NCBI GenBank assembly: GCA_032718475.1
Contig: JAUCBJ010006792.1
Location: 1-64,000 of the forward strand
DNA length: 64,000 bases
From: Nemertoderma westbladi
Taxonomy: Eukaryota; Animalia; Xenacoelomorpha
Reading direction: 5' to 3'
Part shown: positions 1-11,234 of the stretch, in pieces
How positions within the stretch are numbered: position 1 is the first letter of the stretch
Layout: every line of letters begins with the position of its first letter
The notes under the pieces: model-generated
Database searches by the model: none
Seen by the model: the letters and a program-made list of their open reading frames with translations, nothing else
What the model was told of the DNA's origin: nothing
Translations under genes and position numbers: made by a program

Positions 1-2688
1 ACCAAGACACTCGGCTTGAAATGGGACACAGAGAGAGATATCCTGTTTTTCCAACTAAAACAGCGAGATAATCCTGTTCGGACTAAACGGATTTGTTTAA
101 GTATCCTGAGCACTTATTTCGATCCATTGGGATTTATTAGCCCAGTTATATTGATTGCTCGAAGTTTGGTACAACAAATGTGGCTTGAAAACCACTCATG
201 GGACGATCCACTTAAGGGGGAATTACTGAAGCAGTGGATGAAATGGGAAGATTCTCTACCGGCTATCGAGGAGTTTATAATTTCCCGTTCATATTTTGGT
301 CATGTTCTCCCTACGTATTCCTATCAACTCCATGTGTTTGGAGACGCCAGCGATATGGGAATCGGTATAGTAGCCTACCTAAGAGTGGAAACTCCGGATG
401 GAATCAAAGTCGCCTTGGTTACTTCTAAGGCATTAATCAACAACAAGTTGAAAGTTCCTCGAGCGGAGTTAAAAGCGGCTCTATACGCTACAGCCATCGG
501 CCGGAATGTAACCGAACAGATTGACTATACATTAGAGAAAACTGTCTATTGGACCGACGCTTTACTCGTGTTAGAGTATATAACCAATGAAGTCTGTCAG
601 TTCAGCGTCTTCGTTACCAACAGGGTAGCCATCATACTTAGTCGCACGACGATGGACCAATGGAGACATTGCCCCGGAACGATTAACCCAGCAGACATCG
701 CGTCCCGAGGAGCGACTCCAAAGGAATTGGTAAATACTCCCGAATGGTTAGGAGGACCTGACTTTCTCTACAGGGAAGAAGAAGAATGGCCTCCCCATCT
801 CACAACAGCAGAGATCAGACAGGCCAAGGGAGCGGAGAAAGTTAAACCCAAAACTCGAGCGAGTAAATCGAAGTTGTTTAAACCTGCGGTTGATCAATCT
901 GTATTATTTACTTCCGGAGATGATGCTTTGGATCAGAAACCCACCGCCACGACCAAAGTAGTCTTGGAAATCCGTGACAAGGATTGGAAATCTGGAATAC
1001 CAGATATCTCGCAAGGACTCTCACCTCTCTTGCAGAGAGCGATACGTCACTACAGTTCCTGGAATCGGCTCTGTAAAGCTGTTACCTATTTGAAACGATG
1101 TTTTCATCATCGTTACTCCGGAACAAAGACCAATAGTGATGATGCTCCATCAACATCTGCACGAGTCCATGTTGTTAAAGATCTTCCCCAATACAAGGTA
1201 TCCAACAGGTTTCTAAAGGAGAAGATCAGTTACCAGGAGCATGATGAAACCAACAAACAGATGCTGAGACTCCTACAATGCTATGAGGATTCCGATAAGT
1301 ATTTCCTGTTGTTAAGAAATCCGCAGATGCGCTTAAGGGATCGCTTCTCTAGTACCATGATAGATGGGTTAATACGTGTTGGAGGTAGGCTGACCAACGC
1401 CCCATTATCCTTTGACACTAAGTTTCCCATACTCATTAGAAATCTTGATATACAAATCAAGATGATTGTAGATGTTCATAGCAAACTGTACCATGCTGGA
1501 AGAGAACGAGTTCTGAGCGAAATTCGAACTCGCTACTATTTTTATAAACCCCGTAGGGCTCTGAACCAAGTTCTTAGGAACTGCATACCCTGTAGGAAAG
1601 CATTCAGTAGGCCTTTAACGCAGCGAGAGGCAGAATTACCTAGGGAAAGAGTAAGCTTCTATGAACCACCCTTTACTAATACCGGTGTGGATTTATTTGG
1701 CCCTATTGAAGTATATCGTGCCCGGACTATAGTCAAGAGATGGTGTGTCATCTTCGTTTGTATGACTTGTAGAGCTATCCATCTCGATATGGTAAACGAT
1801 CTATCCACCAACAGCTTCGTGTTGAGTTTACGACGACAGATCGCTCGCTTCGGAACCAGTAACACGATGAGATCGGATAAGGGAACGAACTTCATTGGCG
1901 CCAACAACGAAATTCAAGCTTACGTAAAGGACTGGAATAAAAGACAGGTGGACGATCAGCTAAGGATAACAGCGTCTAGCTGGACCTTCAACGCCGCCGA
2001 CGCCCCTTGGTGGGGAGGAAGTTGGGAGAGATTGATTAGGAGCGTGAAGACTGCGTTCCACTTTATTGTGCCTTGTCGCGCTTATCTCACCGACGAACTA
2101 TTGCGGACGTTAATGGAGGAAATCGCCGCCTATCTCAACGAAAGACCGCTTATGCCAGTCTCTTCAAATCCTGATTCCCTGGAAGCGCTAACACCCGCGC
2201 ACTTTCTACTGAAGAAACCCGTAGCCATGCTCCCGCAATCGGAGATCACAGACGGAGACGAGTACTGCCGTCGAACCTGGCAACTTATGCAGTTGCTATC
2301 CCGTCGTTTCGCTGACCATTTTGAGAAACATTACCTGCCCACTCTACAACTTCGAACTAAGTGGTTTGCGCAGCAAGAAAACGTCAGCGCTGGAGACATG
2401 GTGCTTATTGTGGACCCCGATCTCCCACGTAAGCGATGGCAAACAGGACGTATCATCGAGACTTATATCTCGAGCGATGGTTTGGTGCGATCAGTAGAGC
2501 TCGTCGTCATGCGGCGGAACTTTAAGAAACCAGGGATAGTCTTTGAGACTCAACAGCTCAATCGCCCAGTGGGACGTTTATGTTTACTGGAAAGAGACAG
2601 AGAGCTCTCCGGAAACTATGGAAGGCAAGAAACTCTTCCCACGACCACTTCCCTAATCCAACCGACATCTAGGGACTCCCCAACTTAA
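1..2688 (+). CDS. pol: BEL/Pao Pol polyprotein, C-terminal part (RT end, Pao RNase H, H2C2 zinc finger, DDE integrase, DUF5641-like tail); 5'-partial
   Basis: Frame is open from base 1 (TKTLGLKWD). Motifs: FDPLGFISP, LHVFGDAS, PRAEL, WTD, NPADIASRG, H-x3-H...CxxC, GVDLFGP, SDKGTNF, PWWGGSWERLIRSVK, LTPAHFL, DGLVRSV. Confidence 0.95.
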   Translation, partial: TKTLGLKWDTERDILFFQLKQRDNPVRTKRICLSILSTYFDPLGFISPVILIARSLVQQMWLENHSWDDPLKGELLKQWMKWEDSLPAIEEFIISRSYFGHVLPTYSYQLHVFGDASDMGIGIVAYLRVETPDGIKVALVTSKALINNKLKVPRAELKAALYATAIGRNVTEQIDYTLEKTVYWTDALLVLEYITNEVCQFSVFVTNRVAIILSRTTMDQWRHCPGTINPADIASRGATPKELVNTPEWLGGPDFLYREEEEWPPHLTTAEIRQAKGAEKVKPKTRASKSKLFKPAVDQSVLFTSGDDALDQKPTATTKVVLEIRDKDWKSGIPDISQGLSPLLQRAIRHYSSWNRLCKAVTYLKRCFHHRYSGTKTNSDDAPSTSARVHVVKDLPQYKVSNRFLKEKISYQEHDETNKQMLRLLQCYEDSDKYFLLLRNPQMRLRDRFSSTMIDGLIRVGGRLTNAPLSFDTKFPILIRNLDIQIKMIVDVHSKLYHAGRERVLSEIRTRYYFYKPRRALNQVLRNCIPCRKAFSRPLTQREAELPRERVSFYEPPFTNTGVDLFGPIEVYRARTIVKRWCVIFVCMTCRAIHLDMVNDLSTNSFVLSLRRQIARFGTSNTMRSDKGTNFIGANNEIQAYVKDWNKRQVDDQLRITASSWTFNAADAPWWGGSWERLIRSVKTAFHFIVPCRAYLTDELLRTLMEEIAAYLNERPLMPVSSNPDSLEALTPAHFLLKKPVAMLPQSEITDGDEYCRRTWQLMQLLSRRFADHFEKHYLPTLQLRTKWFAQQENVSAGDMVLIVDPDLPRKRWQTGRIIETYISSDGLVRSVELVVMRRNFKKPGIVFETQQLNRPVGRLCLLERDRELSGNYGRQETLPTTTSLIQPTSRDSPT

Positions 2689-3231
2689 TATCGTTCGGAG
2701 TGGGCGTGTGACTCTATTATTTTATATTATTTTATCATTTTTATATTTATGTATGTATTACTATGTAATTTTATTATAATCGTTTTATTTAATTTAGTAG
2801 AATATTATTTAGCGATTATTTTGTAGAATAGTGCAATATATTCGTGTTTATTACGTACGTAATTACTTATATTATATTTAGTGCGACGGCGAGAAATAAT
2901 TATTTTTCTCTTTCCTTACTGCTCGTATTCTATTATAAATACGTAACTACAGTAAGATGAAATGTCCGTACTTATTAAAGTACAATAAAGCCACTACTAT
3001 ATTTAAGTATTATTGGTAGGCAGAGTATTAGGAATGCAAAGTTCAGATCCTCGTGTCTCAGCTAAATCAAGCTCTGGGTAGACCTTGGAAACGACTTGCC
3101 TCTTCACACTGACATTGCTTCGTGCGATATTGCTCTCATACCGTATATTAAATAATACATATAGTAGCGTGATGTCCCTTTAACAGTAGCGTATAACGCA
3201 AAATAAATCTGTTAAACCCTTTGACCATCTG

Positions 3232-3510
3232 TAATTCTAGTCGATTAAGATATCGTGGCACCCACCGATATACTTGAAAGACAAATTATAGAATCAGTGG
3301 TTAACGTCCCCAGACAAGTTCTGGAATAAATCGGTGCCCATCTCAAATATTAATTATTTAATATTTGCAAATCTAATAAGTCAAAATCTGTAAAATTCAG
3401 ATCCTTCAACAATTCTAGTCAATTAAGATATCGTAGCATTTACCAATATTCTTAAAAAGACAATTGTCATAGAATTAAGGATCTTGTGTCCCCAGACATG
3501 TTCTGGAATC
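3232..3510 (+). repeat. Duplicated (~180-bp period) stem-loop-forming segment in the pol-ORF3 spacer
   Basis: AATTCTAGTC(G/A)ATTAAGATATCG...CCAGACA(A/T)GTTCTGGAAT occurs at ~3232 and ~3411. Also duplicated in copy 2 (~18405-18668, minus). Confidence 0.75.
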
Positions 3511-4312
3511 CAAATATGTCCATTTAATTATCAAATAATAAAATTTCAGGGAATCAATTTAAATTCATGCCTTTTAATGAATTTAATAAATTGCCATTTT
3601 ACGCAATTTATAAAGTTCCCAAAATTCCATTAATTAATCAATCAAGGGAGCGGAGATTTATCTTATCATGCGTACGAGTGTACGAAAGTCTCCCAAACAT
3701 AGTTAATAGCCGATAAAATTCCTAAAGTCATGTATAAAACAGGACATTGACTATTAAAGAATTACTATTAAATAACATCCCAGATCTGTATGCATTGGAA
3801 TCACCCTAATTCTACCGCTAGCTTTGCATAATGTCACCATAGCAACAACCACGCTAGAATTAGAATTGAGTTAAACGAACAATAGAAAGCTTGTCCCATT
3901 GAATAGCATAGGGAATAAATAGCGCACTACTAGTATCCAAGGATACATAATAATACAGTGACATTCTGGAAGGCATTGACTAACGGACAAATGGCCCGAA
4001 TGTGTGTAATTTGTGACAAGTTGTGTGTGTGGTATTTGTGAGTTTATAGGTGAATGTTACTGCTAAGGTGTGTTTACAGTAGCTAGTCGCAATCGTAAAA
4101 GTAACCTAACTCTCCAAGGAAAACCTGAAGTACATCTAAGTCTTTGGGACGGACAGTCGAGTGACTTGAGTCGGTTGTCGTTGTCGTTGTGCGGCTACGT
4201 CGTTGGCGAAAGTACAGCGGCGACGACACATCGGCGCTGAGGATCTCGTACTGTCCGGGGGTTAATTGGAGTAGGCAGCGACGCTCGCTAGCCTGAATAT
4301 AAACTCCTTATA

Positions 4313-5858
4313 ATGTGGATAAACTCATATATAGCAGACATGACGGAGTTGATGGAAGATGTTCTTGGTATCGGGGAGCGATATACTCTACTTTTGCAAG
4401 CGTTTGTTGATAGCTTAATACGCGGCGACGTTAGTCCAACTGCTGCGGAGGACGATGGTCGTTATATCGAACCGCCAATGTCCCAAGAGCAGCTCGCGCG
4501 CGAGTTGGACTATAGAAAATTCGCTGCTCGATATACGCAGCGTAATGGTACGTATATTGACTTCTTAACTACTGGTCATCCTATCGATTTACACGATATG
4601 GACAATGTCGACACCAAAAGGGAAATGGTATGATTGAAATATCCTACCCAGCGGAGGCGGAACGATAAACCGAGAATGGAACACGAGAATTCTATTCGAA
4701 ACAGACTCGAAAGAGAAGACATTGAGGAGCCGGATAAACGCAGCGACTTCAACGATTATCTGGAATTCCTGATAGAAACATATCTCAATATTGCCAGTCA
4801 ACAAAATCTAGAAACTCGATATCCTCAAGGTATACATCATGACCGCATGGTAGAACTCAAACGGCTCGATTCCCCTATGATGTATCTTACCGCCGATCGA
4901 CCGCTACATGTTGTACCGAATAGCTTCGAACGGATGGAGGAATATTGTAAGCTGGAGAAAGATCACTCGCGTTTCCCCTACAAGACGTACGTTTTTGGGT
5001 ATTATTACGGTAAATGCCCTAGACCCAGCAAATAAACTGAAAGACATAAACATCCACGGAAACGTTGTGTTAAACACAGTTGTGTTCGTTATATTTACTG
5101 GAGTTTCGAGCGAAACTTGTTTGACGTATCACCTATGCTCACTCGGCTCTAATGATCCTAGAGTAAACCTACGATCAGAGTCCCGGAATACTCGGTCAAA
5201 CCTCCTCATTCCTTAGTTGGACCTCAGACCTGCGATCCTGGTGGTGTCGCGGATCCTCGCGGACTGTATTCACTGTTCAAAGATCTAGTGCTACCCTAAC
5301 AATTAATCGGTAACACTCCGACAGTGATTTCTAGCTAGCCACCCATCTTACCTAGCCGGACTGTGACGCGGACACCCAATATCACTATCCAACCGTATGG
5401 TCGTCCCCGTTTAACGCGATACAACCCTTCATCAAGGTGAAGGAGAGCATTGTACGAAACGAGTTAAACGCTATTCTATAAAGATCAAAAAAGACACCTG
5501 CGTTTGTTCGGATAAACGTAAGTTATAACAGTAAGTCCAATCGATAAACGAATTGGCCTTATCTCAGTTCGATTGGGAAATCTCGAATCTCTAAGAAGAT
5601 ATCAAGCTTAGAAAACCCTATTCTCTGCGAGAGTTTTGGACGAACGTATCCCATGATAAGCAGAGGAAAATCAGCTCGAGGAGAAGCATATCGAAATGGA
5701 CGAGACACCGACCATAATCCTACACCTTCTGATGCAATCATATTGCACCCTTCACCCAGGATTTATAGCCCTCCTAGTAAAGTGGCTCGCCCCAAAGAGA
5801 AAGGGACTCTTGCTAGCCTCAAAAACTGCGTAAACGCCGTCTGCGCAAGAAAGACTAA
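4313..5858 (+). pseudogene. Decayed ORF3 of copy 1 (stops, frameshifts, ~2.7 kb internal deletion)
   Basis: ORF fragments 4313-4633 and 4634-5035 match the N-terminus of the 1417-aa ORF; 5703-5858 matches its C-terminus. The exonuclease and zinc-knuckle part is absent. Confidence 0.92.
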
Positions 5859-5928
5859 CTGTTTAGAGTATTTTTATATTTTAGAAACTGTGATTTTGTA
5901 TATTTTATAGACTTAAATCCCATTTTCT

Positions 5929-5936
5929 GGGAGCGG
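5929..5936 (+). other. Polypurine tract (short) of copy 1
   Basis: GGGAGCGG directly precedes the LTR TG. The identical context occurs at 13251-13258 on the minus strand and is absent before the 5' LTR at 27311. Confidence 0.8.
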
Positions 5937-7153
5937 TGTAAAAGCTTTTGTGGGATAACTGATTAGTTTGCCTTGTTGGCCAGTTCCCCCCCAGTCGCTA
6001 AGAATACTCTCAAAGTGATCTATAACTAAAAATAGTGCAAGTTACCAGCTTATTGGCTGATTTGCTATACGCAGGCATCTGGGCTCTGTTTAATCGGCCA
6101 ACAAGCCTAGGGAGGTTGCGTCATAGCCTTGTGTTGTATCTCCCAATAGAATTTGAGTTAGCCTTGATTTCGACCTATCACAGAGCACTGAACTGAAAAT
6201 TTCCTATCTCACTGCTCTTTCTCTGTGTTGAACGGGAGCTTCGTGGAATAAGGGAGTTGGTATCCTCGTATAGAGCAGTAGTCACGAGTTTTTCAAAGCC
6301 ACGAAAGAACGGCTTTTAGTGTTTTATGTTTTATGCTTTTTAGCTCAACACTAGTAGGTTTAATTACAAGGACATATATCCTTTAACTGACTGATGATCA
6401 TACGGACTGCCTGGCGACAGCAACTGCTGCCACACGGCTTTTAATAACTGCTGAAACTGCTAAAATTACCTGCTCAATCAATACCGTATACTGCTATTTG
6501 TTGTTGGTTATTCATTATATTGGTTGATGAATTATTATATTGGAATAACGAGAAATAACCCCGACACCCAATATTCTTGATATACCGAAGGTAAGAGAGA
6601 AAGGTTAACAATAACGATTGTGACTTATGTTAAAGTGGTTTGAAGTGAATCTAATGTTATTTGATAGACCCTACATGAGTCAGTCTGTGTTCCTTTTATA
6701 TGTGACTAAAATCAGTGAAGATTGGCAGATTAGTGTGCAGTATTGTGCAGCATTGCGTATGAGCGAGCCTGTTAAAGAAGCAATTCCTAAAGAATGCGCC
6801 ATATATGTGAATTATAATTAAGCCATATCGTTGTGAGTAGTTTAAGTCATAACTCTGTTTATATAGATAAAGCGCCACGTCCTAAAGGAACTGTTAATAT
6901 TCCCGAAGGTAAATAATATTGTCAGAGATTATATAATACTGTCAGTCGAATAATACATTAGGTTTACATAGCAATAAAATTAAACCGTCGAACCCAATCT
7001 CCCAGGAATATCCAGCGGGTGAATGGTCGCGCACGGATTGGTTTCGACTAGTGTAGTGAATCAAATACTTGTCATAGGCTAAAAAGCGATTTAATATCTA
7101 AAAGACATCTTAATTTGGCGGGTTAAACTGCCAAAGGTCTGAAAGCGCGAACA
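5937..7153 (+). repeat. 3' LTR of copy 1 (1217 bp)
   Basis: TGTAAAAGC...GCGCGAACA. Homologous to 12085-13250 (-) and 27311-28585 (+), with shared blocks GCGCCACGTCCTAAAGGAACTGTTAATATT and TCCAGCGGGTGAATG. Confidence 0.9.
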
Positions 7154-9289
7154 GCAAAGTAGATGCTAAGGCTCCTACAACCATAGAATTCTGGTATTCA
7201 TGAGACTTACCTAACCAATCTAGTTGTCTACAGATCTCCTGAATCTCGTCGGAAAACTCTATAATCCCGCTGCTAAGAAACTTTCGGGGCGCCATTAATT
7301 TCGCATATAAATACCTAGCTATGTTAGTCCTATTACCATACCTGATGTTCAGTGTATCCCAAACTTGTCTTAATCCATCTGGATGTCCAATAAACTTTAA
7401 CGCCATTAACTTGGGAGATCCTTCCAAGCACTCGATGAGGAATCTCAGTTTCTCTCCGTTAGATAGCACAGAGTTCTGTATGTTATCTTTGTAATATTCA
7501 TTAAAAGGTAACCATTTCATTTCATCTCCATTGAACTTGACGATCTCTCCCACCTTTACCGCTTGACGGGCTTCGGTTCTAGCCATTTGACGCGTAAAAC
7601 TTTCTTGGGCCATCGTGTTATTTAATATCGAGTTATCGGTATATAAATTTCTCGGATTATTATCAAGTCTATATGGAATATCATTGTCAATAGGTTTATA
7701 ATTACCCTTAATAGGGTTTACTATAGGAGTTTCCACTTCACTAGCAGTATAGATGCGTGTAGGCTCCACACCTTGCGCATGAAATACTTCAGACCTAACA
7801 GGTTGACACATTGTTACAGGGGGTGGTGGTATACCCTTTTGGAGATTTACTAATTTATCGCGTTCTAACGCGATATTTTCCTGCACTTCTTGCAACTCTA
7901 ACCTACTCTCTCTAATTGTTCCCTTTAACTGCTGCACAGTCCCCTCCATCTCCTGGACTTGCTGAGAGGAGCGGGAACGGTGTTCCCTCAGCTGCCCGAG
8001 CAGGAGACCCATCTCCCGTCGTCCCTCATCTACCCACTCGACCGCCGAAGCGGGAGGCGCCAACGTTGTAGCGGGCGGACGAGGGACAACGGGCGACAAA
8101 TCATTAATATTTCGCTCGGAGTCCAGGACATGAACATTTTCAGGGGTGGTTCTGTGGGGCACAGGTAGCTTAGTGCTGTGCAGAGGGAATTTAGAGGTAG
8201 GTTCAGGGAGTACAGGTGTCTCTATCACCGAAGGGGTGGCTTCGAGAACAGGCCTAATTATTTCAGGCTCATCTACTATAGTAGGGAGTTTTTCTATTTT
8301 AATTATTTGGTCTGTGGGTTCTGTACTACCTAAGTCTGTGTTAGTTAGTTGCCTTCTAACAGCTGGGGGCAAATCAGGCAATTTCTGACGGTGGGCATTC
8401 TTCTACGCCTGCTTAGACGAGATCTATTTCCTCCGCCTTCAGGATCAGTGGTATCGCCTTCATCAGATGATGTAAATCCCTGTCGTTTGGGATTAGATCG
8501 ACTTATCATCTGCATTTGACTAGCTGTTAACTGTTTATTTATGCAGTCTTGATTCTCTTGAATATTTTCCAACTCTAGTTGGGTGGTCTCCTCAGACGCT
8601 CTCCGTTCTGCTTCTGCCACTGCCATCTTTCTTTCCGCCTCTGCCGCTGCTACTGCCGCTGCTGCAGTCTTTCTGTCTTCTATTATCCTTTTCTTTAGTT
8701 GCTCTTCTAGGACCCTAGCGATGCGGAGTCTTTCATCAAATTTAGGTTTGTTCGCAGCTAACATTTCCGCATCTAACGAGTCCAACACCAATTTGGTTTC
8801 TTCACTCTTAGGGCGAAGTCCAGCTAGCCGTCTCCTTAACTCTTTGTCACCTATAAATCGTTGATAGTCTGACAGATAGATGTCAATAGCGTCCCTCTCA
8901 TGCGGTTTCTCTGCTGTCGCTTCACTTTCCACTTGGGAAAAGGTAGCTTCTGTTGATTCTCCATGGGTTGAGCGCTCAGCCAGCTGAGATTTCCACTGGG
9001 CTGTTTCTTGAACCTTGAGACCCACCCGCTGGAACCAAGTCTTTACGGCAACTTGCAACGGCGTATCTTGGCTTCTTTTCGAAGCTTCCTCAAAGGCCGA
9101 TAGGATTAGTCTGATTCTTAGAATTCTTTCTCGAACTTGATAAAGCAGCTCTTCCTGCTTTTGAGGTCTTTGCCATTGTTGAAACAGGTGTTCCTCTAAG
9201 CGCTCCAAAGAGCTGAAGAATCCCTGGACATATTCTGCTGCCGACCTCTCCCACACAGCTGGATCACTCGTGTTTCTTGTCACTCTCAT
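7154..9289 (-). pseudogene. gag: BEL/Pao gag (coiled coil + DUF1759-like domain), frameshifted at ~8390 and truncated by the copy 1 insertion
   Basis: ORFs 8345-9289 and 7110-8381 together match the single ORF 31376-33319. Pao gag motif KFNGDEMKWLPF...EKLRFLIECLEG...L..RYG. The last 14 aa of the ORF come from the inserted LTR. Confidence 0.88.
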
Positions 9290-9301
9290 CCTGTGTAAGT
9301 C

Positions 9302-9895
9302 CTATAAGTCTGATAAGTTAAACGGGAGTCCGGGTCCGGGGAAGTTCCATTGCTTCTCGACAATAGACTTCAGTTCCTCCACCGTATATCCCGCATAACT
9401 GACCCCCCTCGTGTATTCCGCACAACCGTCCCCAGTCGATCGCTTACTTCTCGCCCAACCGACTGGATGTTCTTCCACAGCGATCAATACTCTAGCGAGT
9501 ACGTTCCCTGGAAGAATGAGAAGGGGATCCGTATAAACCGCATCTGCCATCTTTGCTCCGCGCTCGGGTGTCAGCTCTACAGTATCGGAACTACTGGAAC
9601 TATCGGGCTGTTGGGAAATAAGTTCTCGTTTCGTGTACTGCTGCCATTTCGCTGCCTCTTGGTCCCGCTTGACTTGAGCCCTAGTGCCTATAATAGACCT
9701 ATGGTGCTCTACCAGTCTAGGGTCTGACACTACTACTGTAGGGATGGCTTTTCTTACAGTAGGAGGGGACTTAGACTTTGGTCTGGGATGTTCTATACTT
9801 TGATCTTGGTCACAGATCTTTTTAAGACACTGTCTAACAGTCATTCTAACACTTTCTATGAGACTATCTGACAGTGTTTGTTGTGAGTCAGACAT
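9302..9895 (-). CDS. ORF0, 197-aa ORF upstream of and in frame with gag; function unknown
   Basis: Open ATG-TAG ORF, homologous to 30819-31363 (HHRSIIGTRAQVKR, WNFPGPGLP). The stop lies 4 codons before the gag ATG. Confidence 0.65.
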   Translation of the reverse strand: MSDSQQTLSDSLIESVRMTVRQCLKKICDQDQSIEHPRPKSKSPPTVRKAIPTVVVSDPRLVEHHRSIIGTRAQVKRDQEAAKWQQYTKRELISQQPDSSSSSDTVELTPERGAKMADAVYTDPLLILPGNVLARVLIAVEEHPVGWARSKRSTGDGCAEYTRGVSYAGYTVEELKSIVEKQWNFPGPGLPFNLSDL

Positions 9896-10033
9896 GTTTG
9901 TTTGTACAGTTGAATGCCTACTGCTATATTACAGTTAAAGCAAGTTTAGTAATTCACTATCACTGTTAGCCTAGTAATTAATTACTGATATCGTCACTCA
10001 GTGCAACTTAATATATATACACCATATATTAGA

Positions 10034-10283
10034 ATACCGGTATACACTTATAGTATATATATAAGTATTATTACTGACTAGATTTGTCACAGAATACCGG
10101 TATGTAATTTCAGCACAAATATATATAAATATATAATAGGCCTATCGTGAATACCGGTATACAGCTTACACTTATAGTATACATAAGTATAATTATGGAC
10201 TAGAATTAATTACAGAATACCGGTATAATTTCAGCCTAAATTTATAGAAATAAATATAATAAGTCTATTGTAAATACCGGTAT
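10034..10283. repeat. Cluster of five ATACCGGTAT palindromes in the 5' UTR (homologous cluster at 30466-30740)
   Basis: Perfect 10-bp palindrome at ~10034, 10074, 10151, 10216 and 10274. Confidence 0.85.
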
Positions 10284-11234
10284 ATCAATTATTTTAGAAT
10301 AATTAAATTTCTGAATTTTAGGGGTTACTTGGTTACTTTAACTTACTTTATTACCGTTATTTAAGCAGTAGTCCAACTGATATTGAGACCTAGTTGTTGT
10401 ATGGCAGGCCTACTATTTATAAATCGTTTGAGTTGATTTATAATATATATACCCGTTTTAATGGGTTTTTGTCAATATTTGAAATAAATGTTATTATTTC
10501 TGGAAAGAGTCACCACACAGAAGCTGTGCGCTCTCAGTGAAGTGCTACTTGTTGGACACTAAAACAAATAATTCTAATTTACCTAAGTTACTTAATACTA
10601 CAAATTACATACAATTCGGGGTGAGATTACAATCTCTAAATAAACACAAAAATTACACGTACGAATTTTTAGGGTAATTTTACAAGAAGTCTACAAACCA
10701 GCCTAACAAAGGGTTAGATTATCTGGTTATTACAACGGACAGAGTACTACGGTATTTGAAAATAATAAGTAGTAGTAAATATACTGCGTTGTCCAGATAG
10801 GAAAAATACCACCGTCTGACGACTTATAGCCGTATCGCTATAAGTACTACGTTATGTATCACGGAGTGTTCCTACCTAGAAGTTAATTACCGCGGTCTAC
10901 CAGAACCAACGTGCCTATTAACCACTTTACAACACAAATATACTGCCTACACGCTAATTACCTTCGGAAAGCACTGTACACTAAACCCTAAATTAGGTAC
11001 AAGTACTTGTACAACAAATAATCAGTAGTTAAAAATACTTGAACAGCTAAAAGAACCACGGCATCTGCTGGAGTGACCGGGGCACAAAATCACCAGTCTT
11101 TACCTACGCCAAGCAGCCCTGATGTAGTACCGGGGTTAATTTAACTATAACGGTATGTATAACAAGCACAATTACTGTAGGAATAAACTTGGGGTTATGA
11201 ATGTTGCGAATAATCGCATAAACTCTGAATAATA

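Larger units (their letters stand above)
1..7153 (+). mobile_element. BEL/Pao LTR retrotransposon copy 1 (3' half: pol - decayed ORF3 - PPT - 3' LTR), runs off the left window edge
   Basis: Pao-type pol C-terminus, then PPT GGGAGCGG abutting a TG...CA LTR. The LTR end at 7153 breaks the gag of copy 2. Confidence 0.93.

Noticed and set aside
6391-6460. Hammerhead ribozyme cores (CTGATGA at 6391, 29311 and ~21985 minus)
   Set aside because: No properly placed stem II/GAAA, and the motif is not conserved in homologous copies.
6860-6900. TATA-like box plus AACTGTTA as the self-primer site
   Set aside because: Only 6-8 nt complementarity with no covariation, and the TATA is degenerate in LTR3. 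The upstream 11-12 nt site fits better, although this block could still be a promoter or poly(A) element.
7101-7135. LTR ending at AAAGACA (7107) with TGGCGGGTT as a tRNA PBS
   Set aside because: Homology among all three LTRs, including the 3' LTR, continues to GCGCGAACA (7153), where the gag junction lies. The TGG is part of a U5 hairpin.
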